NCBI GenBank assembly: GCA_963753695.1
Contig: CAVWDG010000010.1
Coordinates: 44,618 to 108,617 of the forward strand
Direction of reading: 5' to 3'
Length of the DNA: 64,000 nucleotides
From: an uncultured Actinomycetes bacterium
GTDB lineage: Bacteria > Actinomycetota > Thermoleophilia > UBA2241
The notes under the pieces were generated by a model. It saw nothing but the letters and a program-made list of their open reading frames with translations. It made no database searches and had not been told where the DNA came from. Every line of letters begins with the position of its first letter. The stretch's first letter is position 1. A program made the translations under genes and the position numbers. Positions 11,132 to 21,489 of the stretch are shown here, piece after piece.

Positions 11132-11172
11132 GGGGGCGGGGGCGCCGTAGGGCGCCCGCCGCCCGCTTTTTT
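11132..11172 (+). terminator. rho-independent terminator after rplQ
   Basis: GC-rich stem GGGGGCGGGGGCGCC / GGCGCCCGCCGCCCGC followed by TTTTTTGTT. Confidence 0.6.
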
Positions 11173-11251
11173 GTTCTCTTGGGCGCGCGGTCGCAGGCAC
11201 GCGCCCGTCGCGGCCGGCAGAGCGTGAGCACTCGGAACCGCCGGAGGGCGC

Positions 11252-12160
11252 GTGCTGATCGACATCAGGGGCTGCGGTTCCGCGTACGGCGGCGCGCTCG
11301 AGGCGGCTCTGGGTGGCGTCGACCTGATGGTCGGCGCAAGGCGAGTTCGTCGCCGTCGTCGGCGCCAACGGCTCGGGCAAGTCGACGCTGGCGCGACTGC
11401 TCGGCGGCCTCGAGACGCCCGTCCGGAGCAGATCGGGCCGTCGGTCTGCGGTCACGAGCTCACTGGAGCCCGAGGGCCGCGTGCTCGCGCGCCGCGAGGT
11501 CGGGCGTGCTCTTCCAGAACCCCGAGAACCAGCTCGTGGCCGAGTGCGTCGAGGAAGACGTCGCCTTCGGCCTCGAGAACATCGGCCTGGCCGCCGCAGA
11601 GCCATGCTCGTCGAGTCGACGAGATGCTCGCGCGGTTCGGGCTCGCGGATCTGCGGCTGCGCGAGCCGCATCTGCTCTCCGGCGGTCAAAAGCAGCGGAC
11701 GGCACTGGCCGGCGTGCTCGCCGTGCCTCGCCGGCGTGCTCGTGCTGGACGAGCCCACGGCGATGCTCGACCCGGCGGGTCGTCACGAGGTGCTCGGGCC
11801 GTGTGCGCGCTGCGCGCCGACGGCATGACCGTCGTGTTCGTCACGCAGGAGATGGACGAGGTCTGAACGCGGACCGCGTCGTGGCTCTGGAGCCGGGCGC
11901 GTGGCCTTCGACGGGCCTGTGCGGGCCTGTTCGCCGATCTCGCGCTCTTGGACCGGCTGCGGCTCGGCCTGCCGCCGGCCGCCGAACGGGCCGAGCCGTT
12001 GAGCGCGGCGCCTGCCCGAGCTCGCGCTCACGACGAGCTGGTCGCCGCCGGCGCTGCGCCGGTGGGCGGTCAACGAGCCGGACGTGGCTCGGCGCAGGAA
12101 GCCGGGTGACCGACCCGCGGTGCCGCCACCGTCCGGTGCGCTGCCGGCAGTCGAGCCCTG
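11252..12160 (+). pseudogene. ecfA1: ECF transporter ATPase EcfA1, multiple frameshifts
   Basis: GTG start after GGAGGG. Walker A (GANGSGKST), [60 protein letters not shown] and [13 protein letters not shown] are found in three frames. Confidence 0.7.
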
Positions 12161-12163
12161 GGC

Positions 12164-13010
12164 ATGAGTCTGGCCTGCGCCGGCGTGTGGGTTCGCTACG
12201 AAGAGGGGGGCGGGCCAGGTCCCGGCGCTGAGCGGAGTGACCTGGAGCTGCGCGCCGGGGGCGCCGCTGGCCCTGCTGGGCGCGTCGGGCTCCGGCAAAT
12301 CGACGCTGCTGCAGCCGTGCGCGGCCTCAACGACGCCAGACGAGGGCGCGTCGTGCTCGACGGGCTGGCGACCGGCGACGGCGGCCTACGACGGACCGCC
12401 GCCGCGCAGACAGGTCTCGTCTTTCAGATGGCCGAGATGCAGCTGTTCGCCGACAGCGCGGCCGAGGATGTGGCCTTTGGGCCCGCGCAGCTCGGCTGGC
12501 CTGCCGGCCGAGGTGGACGACGCGGTGACGGGCGCCTGGAGCGCGTCGGACTGCCGCGCAGACCGGTTCGGCGCGCGCGCATCCCTACGCGCTTTCGGGC
12601 GGCGAACAGCGCCGCCTGGCGCTCGCCGGGGTGCTGCCATGCGGCCGCGCCTGCTGCTCCTCGACGAGCCATTCGTGAGCCTCGATCCGGGCACGCGACG
12701 CGAGCTGCAGGCCATCCTGCGGCGGCTGCAGGCCTCGGGCGTGGGCCTCGTGCTGGCGACCCACGACGTCGACGTCGCGTGGGCGCTCTGTGACGAGCGT
12801 CTGTTGCTCGATAGGGCGGCGTGGTCGTCGCGGGCCTCCGGCGCGTGGGCCGTCGGAGAAGGGCGCCCGCTGCTGGCCGCACCGGCTGCGCGAGCCGCTG
12901 TTCTGGCGCAGCTGTGGCGGCGGCTCGGGCGCGATCCGGCCGAGGCGCCCCACGCCGCCGCGCCGCCGAGGGCTGCTGTGAACGACGGGAGCGAGGGTGG
13001 TCGCGTGAGG
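12164..13010 (+). pseudogene. ecfA2: ECF transporter ATPase EcfA2, frameshifted
   Basis: VTWSCAPGAPLALLGASGSGKSTLLQ, LVFQMAEMQLFADSAAEDVAFGPAQLG, LLLLDEPFVSLDPGTRRELQAILRRLQASGVGLVLATHDVDVA; the frame is disrupted several times and the 3' end is approximate. Confidence 0.65.
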
Positions 13011-13785
13011 CTGGCGTCGCCCAGTACTACCCGGCGCCTCGCCCATCCACCGGCTGGATCCCGCGCTGCAAGTTCGTCGCCGTCACGGCGCTGGCCATCG
13101 GCCTGTTCGTGCGTGACTCGTTCGCTGGTCTGGCCGTGTATGGCCGGCGGCGGCGCCGTCGCCTAGCGCTCAGCGGCGTGCCTGTCTGGGTGGTTCTGCG
13201 CGCGCCTTGCGGCCGCTGCTGTGGCTGCTCGGGCTCACGTTTGGCTGCAGCTGCTGTTCGCGCCGCGGGGACGCGTTTTACACGTTTGGGCCTTCCACCT
13301 GTCGGCGCAGGGCTCGCGCATCGCCGGGTACCTGAGCCTGCGCCTCGTCGTGCTCGTCCTCGCTGGTCGGTGCTCACCTCACGACGCCGCCGATCGCGCT
13401 CACCGACGCGCTCGCCTGGCTGGGGCGGCCCCTGCGCCGCCTGCGCGTGCCCACCGAGGAGCTCGCGCTCATGGTCACGATCGCCCTGCGCTTCATCCCC
13501 ACGCTGCTCAGGAGATCGACACCATCATGAAGGCGCAGCGGGCGCGGGGCGCAAGCTTCAACCGCGGCGGGCCGCTGCGCCGCGCGTCGCGCCCTGGTGC
13601 CGGTGCTCGTGCCGCTGTTTATCTTAGCTTTCGCCGGGCCGACGAGCTCGCCCTGGCGATGGAGGCGCGCTGTTACCTGCCGGGCGATCGCCGCGCACCC
13701 ACCTGCACCCGCTGCAGGCCCATCGGCCGACGCCGTGCTGCTCGTGGCGACCATGGCCGTCATCTTGCTGGCGGAGCTGATCTAG
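13000..13785 (+). pseudogene. ecfT: ECF transporter transmembrane component EcfT, frameshifted
   Basis: Fragments CKFVAVTALAIGLFV, EIDTIMKAQRARGASFNRGGPLRRA, VLVPLFILAF, ADELALAMEARCY and LLVATMAVILLAELI lie in three frames; boundaries are approximate. Confidence 0.55.
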
Positions 13786-13799
13786 GGAGGGCGGACCCG

Positions 13800-14537
13800 G
13801 TGACGACGTTGCGCCTCGACCTGGCCTACGAGGGTACGCCATTCGCGGCTGGGCTCGGCAGCCCGGCCGGCGCACATGCAGGGCGAGCTTGAGGCTGCCC
13901 TGGCGACGGTGTTGCGCGGCGCCGTGCGGCTGAGCGTGGCGGGGCGCACCGACGCCGGCGTGCATGCGTCGGCCAGGTGGCTTCGTTCACGCGTCGGCGG
14001 GCGTGGTCGGCCCGGAACGCCTGCGTCTTGCCCTGAACGCCCTGCTGTCCGGCGAGACGTCGGTGGCCGGCGTGTCGCGGGCGCCGCCCGGGTTCGACGC
14101 CCGGCGGCCGCCGCGCGCTCCTACCGCTATCGGCTGTGGCTGCCGGACTCAAGGCCGGTCTTCGAGCGTCTCTACGTGTGGGACGTGCGCGGCGCGGTCG
14201 ACCTCGACCTGCTGCAGGCCGCCGCGGCTCTGTTCGTGGGCCGCGCACGACTTCTCGGCGCTGACCTCGTCGGCGCGCTTCTACCGCACCTGTTTGCGCA
14301 CCGTGGCCAGTGCAGGGTGGCGCCTGCAACCCGAGCGGCCGCGAGGCTCAGTTCGAGATCACCTCCGACAGCTTCCTGCACAACATGGTGCGGGTCGCGG
14401 TGGGGTCGATGGTCGACGTCGCTCAGGGCCGTCTGAGCCTCGCGGAGCTTTCGGACGGGCTGGCGGGCGGACGGCGCGTCGAGCTCGGCCGCACCGCGCC
14501 GGCCCGCGGCCTCGCCCTGCTACGGGTCGACTACTGA
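13800..14537 (+). pseudogene. truA: tRNA pseudouridine(38-40) synthase TruA, frameshifted
   Basis: GTG after GGGAGG; LRLDLAYEGTPFAG, LSVAGRTDAGVHASGQ-like, FEITSDSFLHNMVRVAVGSMVDVAQGRLS in shifting frames. Confidence 0.7.
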
Positions 14538-14538
14538 C

Positions 14539-14907
14539 GTGGCGCGTCGCGGCCTGGCCTGGCTGACCATCGGGCGCCTCGAGGTCGTGGCGGTGGTACT
14601 GGCCGCCGTGGCCGGCGTCTACAGCCTGGCGAAGAGCGATCAGGCGTCGGTGCGCCTGGCGATCGTCGTGCTGGCGCCCACCCTCGAGGCGGCGTTGCCC
14701 CTGGCGGCGCGGGTGTTGGCTCCGGGGCGCCGCCACGCGGCGCGCGTGATCGCCGCGCTGCTGGTGTCGTTCTACGTGGCGTTCGCACCCATCGGCATCG
14801 ACAACTATGTGTACCTGCCGGCCGTGGTGGTGCTGCTCGCGGTGATCGTCATGAGCAACCGCGAGCGCTGGCGCGAGATCCGTTCGCGCGGCGACGCGAG
14901 GCGCTGA
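14539..14907 (+). CDS. hypothetical small membrane protein
   Basis: 122 aa with three predicted hydrophobic helices; no recognisable domain. Confidence 0.4.
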   Translation: MARRGLAWLTIGRLEVVAVVLAAVAGVYSLAKSDQASVRLAIVVLAPTLEAALPLAARVLAPGRRHAARVIAALLVSFYVAFAPIGIDNYVYLPAVVVLLAVIVMSNRERWREIRSRGDARR

Positions 14908-14922
14908 TGACTCGTCGCGCGC

Positions 14923-16173
14923 CTAGTGACTCAGGAACTTGGCGACCGTGCGCGCCTTGACCGTCGGGTCGACCACGACGTAGTCGCCACCACCGATCAT
15001 CTGCGGGGTGCCCTGCAGCACCGTCTTGAACTGGCGGGCCCCCTTGGCGCGCCAGTCGAGGTAGGAGAGCTCGATGATCTGGTTGGTCGACAGGTCGGTG
15101 CTCACGTCCTTCATGAACTGCGAGCCGATCGTCGGCAGATGAAAGAAGTTGCCGGGGCGCGCGATCTTCGTCTCGAGCGCCTGCACGACCTGCTGCTGGC
15201 GGCCCATGCGCATGAAGTCGTTGTCGGAATGGCGCACGCGCGAGTAGATCAGCGCGCGCTTGCCGTCCATGAGCTGCGGGCCCTTCTTGAAGTGCACGGT
15301 GGTGTTGCCCGAGTACCACGAGGTGATGTCGGACGGCACGTTGACCACGACGCCGCCGACGCTGTCGATGAGGGAGGGAAAGCCGTGGAAGTTGACCACC
15401 ATGACGTGGTTGATAGGTACGCCCGTGAAGCTGCTGACGACCTTGACGGCCAGCGTCGGGCCGCCCCAGAAGTAGGCCGCGTTGATCTTCATCTGGCCGC
15501 GGCCGGGAACGGTGACGAGCGTGTCGCGAGGAATGGAGAGCTGACTCACCGTGTGCGTGTGAGGATCGAAGCGCATCAGCAGGATGCTGTCGGAGCGGGC
15601 CGGCTCGTGACCGCGCTGATCGGAGCCCAGCACGAGCAGGGTGGTGGGGCTGCCGAGCACGCTGCCGTGCGAGTCGGCCAGGGCGGTGCGGGTCTTCCTG
15701 GTGATATGGCGGTTGCTCCTGGCGACGGCCTTGTCGAAGGTCCGATACCCGAGGATGCCCCAGACCCCGAATGCGATCGCCAGGGCGAGCGGGATGGCCA
15801 GCAGATACCACCAGCGAAAGCGCCGGCGCGTGCGAGTCGCCGTCGGGTCGCCCTTGCCGCGGCGCGACCGGCCTTGCCGGTCGGTGCGGTAGACGCTCGG
15901 CGGTTCGTCGTGCGACCGCGTGGTGCGCACGCCGTTCGCCGCTCCGCCGCCGCCGCCTCCGCGGCTGCCGGTAGCGCCGCGCTCGCGGCCGCTTGCGCTG
16001 CGCTCGCGGCTGCCTGAGAGGTCGCGCTCGCGGCCGCCGGCGGCGGGGCGCTCGCGGTTGCCCGCGGAGCGCCCCGGCGGCGCGGCGGGCGGCTGGCCGG
16101 GGGCGTCGATGCGCGGCCGCCGGACGCGCGCGGCGCGGTATCTGTTATAGGGCTTGTCGTCTGTGTGGCTCAT
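14923..16173 (-). CDS. LytR-CpsA-Psr (LCP) family cell-envelope phosphotransferase
   Basis: One TM helix after an Arg/Gly-rich low-complexity N-terminus, then the LCP core (LLVLGSDQR...RSDSILLMRFDP...SIPRDTLVTVPG...GGPTLAVKVVSSFTGVPINHVMVVNF). Confidence 0.85.
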   Translation of the reverse strand: MSHTDDKPYNRYRAARVRRPRIDAPGQPPAAPPGRSAGNRERPAAGGRERDLSGSRERSASGRERGATGSRGGGGGGAANGVRTTRSHDEPPSVYRTDRQGRSRRGKGDPTATRTRRRFRWWYLLAIPLALAIAFGVWGILGYRTFDKAVARSNRHITRKTRTALADSHGSVLGSPTTLLVLGSDQRGHEPARSDSILLMRFDPHTHTVSQLSIPRDTLVTVPGRGQMKINAAYFWGGPTLAVKVVSSFTGVPINHVMVVNFHGFPSLIDSVGGVVVNVPSDITSWYSGNTTVHFKKGPQLMDGKRALIYSRVRHSDNDFMRMGRQQQVVQALETKIARPGNFFHLPTIGSQFMKDVSTDLSTNQIIELSYLDWRAKGARQFKTVLQGTPQMIGGGDYVVVDPTVKARTVAKFLSH

Positions 16174-16347
16174 CTGTCGCCTCGTGGTGCTCGTCGCGGG
16201 GGCGGCCTGGTGAGCGGGCCTTCCGTCGGCGGCGGACCGGCGACGCCGCCTGCCGGCGCGCGTGGCTCAAGGCCGCTTGCGGGGGACCCGGTGAGGGTAA
16301 GTACGCCTCGTCACGGGGAGTTTCCTTCTCTGAAGTCAGTGTACAGC

Positions 16348-17400
16348 ATGGTATCGTGCCGGAGCGGCCCTTCTGCGGGTCCGTTCGGCGGGAGGTGTCG
16401 GCCAGCATTGAGTACGTCGCGTTCCATCGTGGGTGTCGATCTCGGCGGCACCAAACTCGCCGTCGGCCTGGTCGACGACAACCTCGGGATCCTCGCCCGC
16501 AGCATCGGTCCGGCCGCCACGGCATCGCCCGAAGCCTGCCTCGACGACATCTACCGGCGCCTCGACGCGGCCGCGGCCGAGTACGGCCCCATCGACGCGA
16601 TCGGGGTCGGCACGGCGTCGATGGTCGACTTTCGCGGCGGCCGTATCGTGCAATCGGTCAACCTGCCGTTGCGCGACGTGCCCCTGCGCGACCTGCTGAG
16701 CGAGCGCTACGGCGTGCCGGTCGTGGTCGACAACGACGCCAACGTCGCCTGCCTTGCCGAGTTCCGCTACGGCGCCGGCAGCGGCACGAGCGAGATGATC
16801 ATGCTCACGCTGGGCACCGGCATCGGCGGCGGCATCGTCACCAACGGTCACCTCTATCGGGGCGCCAGCGGCGCCGCGGCCGAGATCGGCCACATGATGA
16901 TCGACTTCGACGGGCCGCCCTGCCGGGGTTCCTGCCCCAACCACGGCTGCCTCGAGGTCTACGCCTCGGGCCATGCCATGGGCGAGGCGGCTCGCGACAC
17001 GGCCCGCGCCCAGCCCGACTCCGCGCTGGGGCGCGCGCTGGCGGCCGGCGACGAGGTCGGCGGTCCGCTGCTCAGCGCGCTGGCCCTGGCCGGCGACCCC
17101 GTGGCGACCGCCGTGCTCGACGGCATCGGCGCAAAGCTCGGCCTGGGCATCGTCAGCCTGGTGAACATCTTCAACCCCGAGCCGTCGTGGTCGGCGGCGG
17201 CGCGGCTCAGGCCGCCGACATCTTGCTCGGGGCGGCCCGCCGGGTCGTGGCCGAGCGCGCCCTGCAGCCCAATCGCGACCAGGTGCGCATCGTGCCGGCT
17301 CGTCACGGGGTCGACGCCGGCGTGCTCGGCGCCGCCGCGCTGGCGATCATCGAACTGTTCCCCGATCGGAGCCGGGGCATGGTCGCTCGCTGTAGGCCGC
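16348..17400 (+). pseudogene. ROK-family sugar kinase (glucokinase-like), frameshift near 17190
   Basis: VGVDLGGTKLAVGLVD, ROK zinc motif CRGSCPNHGCLEVYASG. The C-terminus (VVVGGGAAQAADILLGAARRVVAE...) continues in another frame, so the 3' end is approximate. Confidence 0.7.
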
Positions 17401-17523
17401 GGCACGCAAGTCGACGCTGCGGGGCCGTGTTGCCGAGCACGCGGGCTCCCGGTATCCTTGGAACAGGACGTCAATCGTGGGCGAACGCCGCACGGCTTCG
17501 CCGACAGGAGGTGACAAGGCCAC

Positions 17524-17689
17524 ATGGCGCACAAGATCACTGACGAATGCCTTGCTTGCGCGGCTTGCGTAGACGAGTCCCGAAGGCGCGATCTCCGAGG
17601 GCGACGACATCTACGTCATCGACGCTGAGCTCTGCACCGATGCGGCACGTGCTCGAATGGTGCCCAACGAAGCCATCGTCGCCGAGTAG
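17524..17689 (+). pseudogene. small 4Fe-4S ferredoxin, frameshifted
   Basis: MAHKITDECLACAACVDE ... EGDDIYVIDAELCTD...NEAIVAE is split between two frames. Confidence 0.5.
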
Positions 17690-18054
17690 CGTTACGGACG
17701 ATTCCTTGTGCCAGGCGGGGCGGCCCGATAGGGCTCAGGCGCCGACCTGGCGGCCGACCTCTTCCGTGTGGGGGCGGGGCGCGCGCATGAAGCGCGCACC
17801 CCGGCCCGACTTCGTCGGTGAGCGCGACGCGCGGCGCCCGCCGCAGCCCACGGGGCGACGCGACAAGCCGTCGCCACGCCTGGCCACAAAGCTGCAGTCC
17901 GCGAGGCGTGCGGTCGATACTCTTTGCCAGCGGGACCCACAGCCAGCGAACCCTCGGGAGGGGCGGCGACGCGGCCAAGCGGCATTCGCCCTCCCGACAC
18001 GGTGTCGCCGGTCGTGGGTCCCGCTTTTTCGCTTCTGTATGAGAGGATGCGTCC

Positions 18055-18895
18055 GTGCTCTACGTCTGCGCGACGCCGATCGGCAATCTGGGCGACGTCA
18101 CGGCCCGCGTGCTGGAGGCGCTGACCACGGCGGACCTGGTGGCCGCCGAGGACACGAGGCGCACCCGCAAGCTGCTCAGCCACTTTGACATCCACACGCC
18201 CCTGACGAGCCTCTTCCAGCACAACGAGGCGCAGAAGACCGAGGAAGTGCTCGGCATGCTCCGCTCTGGCAAGGACGTGGCCCTCGTCAGCGATGCCGGG
18301 ATGCCCGGCGTGTCCGATCCCGGCATGCGCCTGATCTGCCGCGCCGTGGCCGAAGGCCTTCGCCGTGACCGTGCTGCCGGGGGCGTCGGCGGTGACCACG
18401 GCGCTCGTGGCCTCCGGCCTTGCCGGTGACGGCTTTCGCTTCGTCGGCTACCTGCCCCGCCGGCGTCAGGAGCTGGACGCCGCGTTGCGCGGCTGGCGCC
18501 GCTGCGGCGGCCTGGTGGTGGCCTTTGAGACCGGCCAGCGGCTGGCGCGCAGCCTCGTGACGCTGGCGGCGAGTCTTCCCGACGCTCGGGCGCGGTGTGC
18601 CGCGAGCTCACCAAGGTACACGAGGAGGTGGTGCGCGGCACCACGGAGCGAACTGAGCCGCGTACGGTCTCCGCGGACCCGACGCGGGGCTGAGGTCACG
18701 GTGGTGGTGAGATCCGCTCGGCTCGACCTCGGCGAGCCGAGCACGAGACCGGCGAGCGGGCCGCGGGCGGCGGCGGCCGAGCTGCGCCGGGCCGGCCTGT
18801 CGCGCCGCGACGCCGCCGCCGCCCTCGCCGTCTGCCTCGGGGTCAGGCGCAACGAGGCCAAGCGCCTGGTCGACGAGGCCGGCCCGGAGCGCTGA
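18055..18895 (+). pseudogene. rsmI: 16S rRNA (cytidine1402-2'-O)-methyltransferase RsmI, two or more frameshifts
   Basis: [83 protein letters not shown] in three frames. Confidence 0.75.
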
Positions 18896-18940
18896 GGCGA
18901 CTTCGGCCTCGGCACGGCCTCGGAACAAGGAGGCGTTCAA

Positions 18941-19793
18941 GTGGACCTGCTTGCCGAGCTGCGCACGCGCACCTGATCTTCGACGGCGCCATGGGCACGC
19001 AGCTCATCGTCGCCGGCTACCGGCCGACCGAGGCGCCCGAGGCGTGGAACTCAACGCGCCCGAAGAGGTGGCCGGCATCGCACCGCGCCTACCTGGCCGC
19101 GGGCGCCGATATCATCGAGACCAACAGCCTTCGGCGGCAGCCGCGCCAAGCTCGCCGCCTACCACGCCGCCGAACGGGTCGCAGAACTGAACACGGCGGG
19201 CGCGCGCCTGGCCTGCGCGGTGCGCGACGAGGTCCGCCCGGCCGGCTCGTGGCCGGCGACATAGGGCCGTCGGGGCGCATGATGCCGCCCCTCGGCAACG
19301 CCACCTCGCCGAGCTGCGCGACGTCTTTGCCGAACAGGCCGAAGCGCTGGTCGCGGGCGGCGTCGACCTGATCAGCCATGACGACCATGTTCGATTTGCG
19401 AGGAGGCGCGCGCCGCCGTGCGTCGGCGCGCGCGCCATGGCGGGCTCGCTGCCGGTCTTCATCTCGATGGCGTTCAAGCCCTCGCCGCGCGGCTACCGCA
19501 CCATGATGGGCGTCACGCCGGCCCGGCCGCCGCCGCGCTGCTCGACGCCGGCGCCGACGTGCTCGGCGCCAACTGCGAGATCACCTCGGAGGAGATGCCC
19601 GCCCTGGTGCGCAGAGTTTCGCGCCGCGACCGACGCGCCGCTCGTGATGCAGCCCAACGCCGGGCAGCCGCGACTGCTCCAGGGTCACACGGTGTACGAG
19701 GAGACGCCCGAGCACTTCGCGTCGTTCATGCCGGCCATCGTGGCCGCCGGCGCGAACCTGGTGGGGGGCTGCTGCGGCACGACGCCGGCCTAG
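18941..19793 (+). pseudogene. homocysteine S-methyltransferase domain protein, frameshifted
   Basis: IFDGAMGTQL, AYLAAGADIIETNS, GSLPVFISMAFKPSPRGYRTMMGVTPA, VMQPNAGQPRLLQGHTVYEETPEHFASFMPAIVAAGANLVGGCCGTTPA spread over frames. Confidence 0.65.
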
Positions 19794-19847
19794 GCGGTCA
19801 CGGCGCTGGGCGCTAGCCAGCGGCCCTGGGGGCTCGGCCGTAGCGAC

Positions 19848-20797
19848 CTACTTCTCGCAGCGCGCCGCCGGAACCGCCGCCACCGTATCGAAGATGAGGC
19901 GCACGGCGTGCAGCGCCGTCGAGCTCCATGGCGGTCGTAGAGCGGATTGACCTCGACCATGTCCATGCCGACCACGTGCGAGCGCAGGGCGACACGCCCG
20001 CAGCAGCGCCTTGGCTTCGTAGTAGCTGAAGCCGCCCGGTTCGGGCGTGCCGGTGCCGGGCGCGACGCTGGGGTCGAGGCAGTCGATGTCGAAGCTGATG
20101 TAGACGTCTTCGCCCGGTTCGATGTGGGCCACGAGGTCGGCGACCGGCGTGGCCTTGGCCTGCTCGCACCAGAACGTCTTGACGCCGCGCTCGCGGCCAG
20201 CTCGATCTGGTCGGACGCGGTGTGCAGGCCGCGGATGCCGTACTGGGTGACGCGCCGCGCCACGCCGCTCTCGTGCGAACGCACGATGGGGCTGGCGTGG
20301 GTGAAGCGCATGCCGGCTTCGTCGTTCCAGTAGTCCATGTGGGTGTCGAACTGCACCAGGTGCAGTGGGCGCCCGCCGAAGCTCTTGGGGAGCGGGGAAC
20401 GTATGGAGTGGTCGCCGCCCAGCACGACGGGGAAGAGGTCATGCTCGAGCAGGCGCGCCACGCGCGCCCCGATCAGCGGGTGGCTGCGCTCGGGCTGCGC
20501 GGTGGGCGGCAGGTCGACGTCGCCCGAGTCGACGAAGCGCACCCCGCCCAGCAGCGACGCGCCGACCTCGCCGTCGTAGAACGGCGTCGCGCCGTCGCGG
20601 TAGGCGTAGTTGGTGGAGGCGTCGCGCATGGCGCGCGGCCCGTAGCGCGCGCCGGGACGGGCCGTGGTGGCTTCGTCGTAGGGGATGCCGAGAATGGCCA
20701 CGTCGGCGTCGGTGCTTCGGGGGTCGGCGATGTAGGGCGCCTTGAAGAAGCTCGCGATGCCGGCAAAAGGCGGGGATTCTCCCATGGGGGGAATCAT
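19848..20797 (-). pseudogene. speB: agmatinase/arginase-family ureohydrolase, frameshifted
   Basis: N-terminal 190 aa intact (VAILGIPYDEATTARPGARYGPRAMRD...[10 protein letters not shown]...DTHMDYW). The C-terminus ([32 protein letters not shown]) is in ORF 19848..20132 in another frame. Confidence 0.7.
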
Positions 20798-20907
20798 ACC
20801 GGAGCGATAACGGACGTGGGCGCGCGAGCGAGCCTCCGGGCGTCGTGACGCGTGATATAGGATAGCGCCCGCGGGAGTTCTCGGAACTCGGAAACGACGG
20901 GAGAGCC

Positions 20908-21489
20908 ATGAAGATCCAGCGGAGACCCACCAACGTGCTGCTGCCTGTTCCGCTGGTCATGGTCAGCGTCGCCGGCGTCGATGGCGGGCCGCCCGACGTG
21001 GCCACCGTGGCCTGGGCGGGCACCGTGTGCTCCGCGCCGCCCATGCTGAGCATCTCCGTGCGGCCTTCGCGCCACTCCTACACCTTGCTGCAGCGCAGCC
21101 ACGAGTTCGTGGTCAACGTGCCGCGCGCCTCGCAGGTGCGCGAGGTCGACCTGTGCGGCAACGCCTCGGGGCGCGACACCGACAAGTTCGCCGTCTGCGG
21201 CTTTCACACGGTGCCCGGGGCCATCGTGGGCGCGCCGCTGATCGAAGAGTGCCCCATCAACATCGAGTGCGTCACCCGCCATCGCCTGAGCCTGGGCGCG
21301 CACGACCTGTTCATCGGCGAGATCCTCGCCGTGCACTACAGCGACGACGTGGTCGACTCGCGCGGCCGCCTGCAGGTCGGCAAGGTCGACCCGCTGGCCT
21401 ACGTGCAGGGCGAGTTCTGGACGCTGGGCGAGAAGGTCGGCAGCTACGGCTTCACGGTCAAAGAACAGAGCAACGAGGCCAGAACGTGA
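20908..21489 (+). CDS. flavin reductase-like (FMN-binding split-barrel) protein
   Basis: 193 aa with the flavin-reductase-like domain pattern (VVNVPRASQ...IEECPINIECV...HDLFIGEILAVHY). Confidence 0.75.
   Translation: MKIQRRPTNVLLPVPLVMVSVAGVDGGPPDVATVAWAGTVCSAPPMLSISVRPSRHSYTLLQRSHEFVVNVPRASQVREVDLCGNASGRDTDKFAVCGFHTVPGAIVGAPLIEECPINIECVTRHRLSLGAHDLFIGEILAVHYSDDVVDSRGRLQVGKVDPLAYVQGEFWTLGEKVGSYGFTVKEQSNEART

Noticed and set aside
10864-12231. 455-aa plus-strand ORF spanning the ecfA region
   Set aside because: An out-of-frame run produced by frameshifts in ecfA1/ecfA2. The translation is Arg-rich nonsense apart from short in-frame fragments.
14923-15100. GRER/GSR repeat region at the N-terminus of the LCP protein as a possible separate repeat element
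   Set aside because: It is in frame with the LCP coding sequence and encodes a low-complexity cytoplasmic tail upstream of the TM anchor. Its tandem DNA repeats are coding low-complexity sequence.
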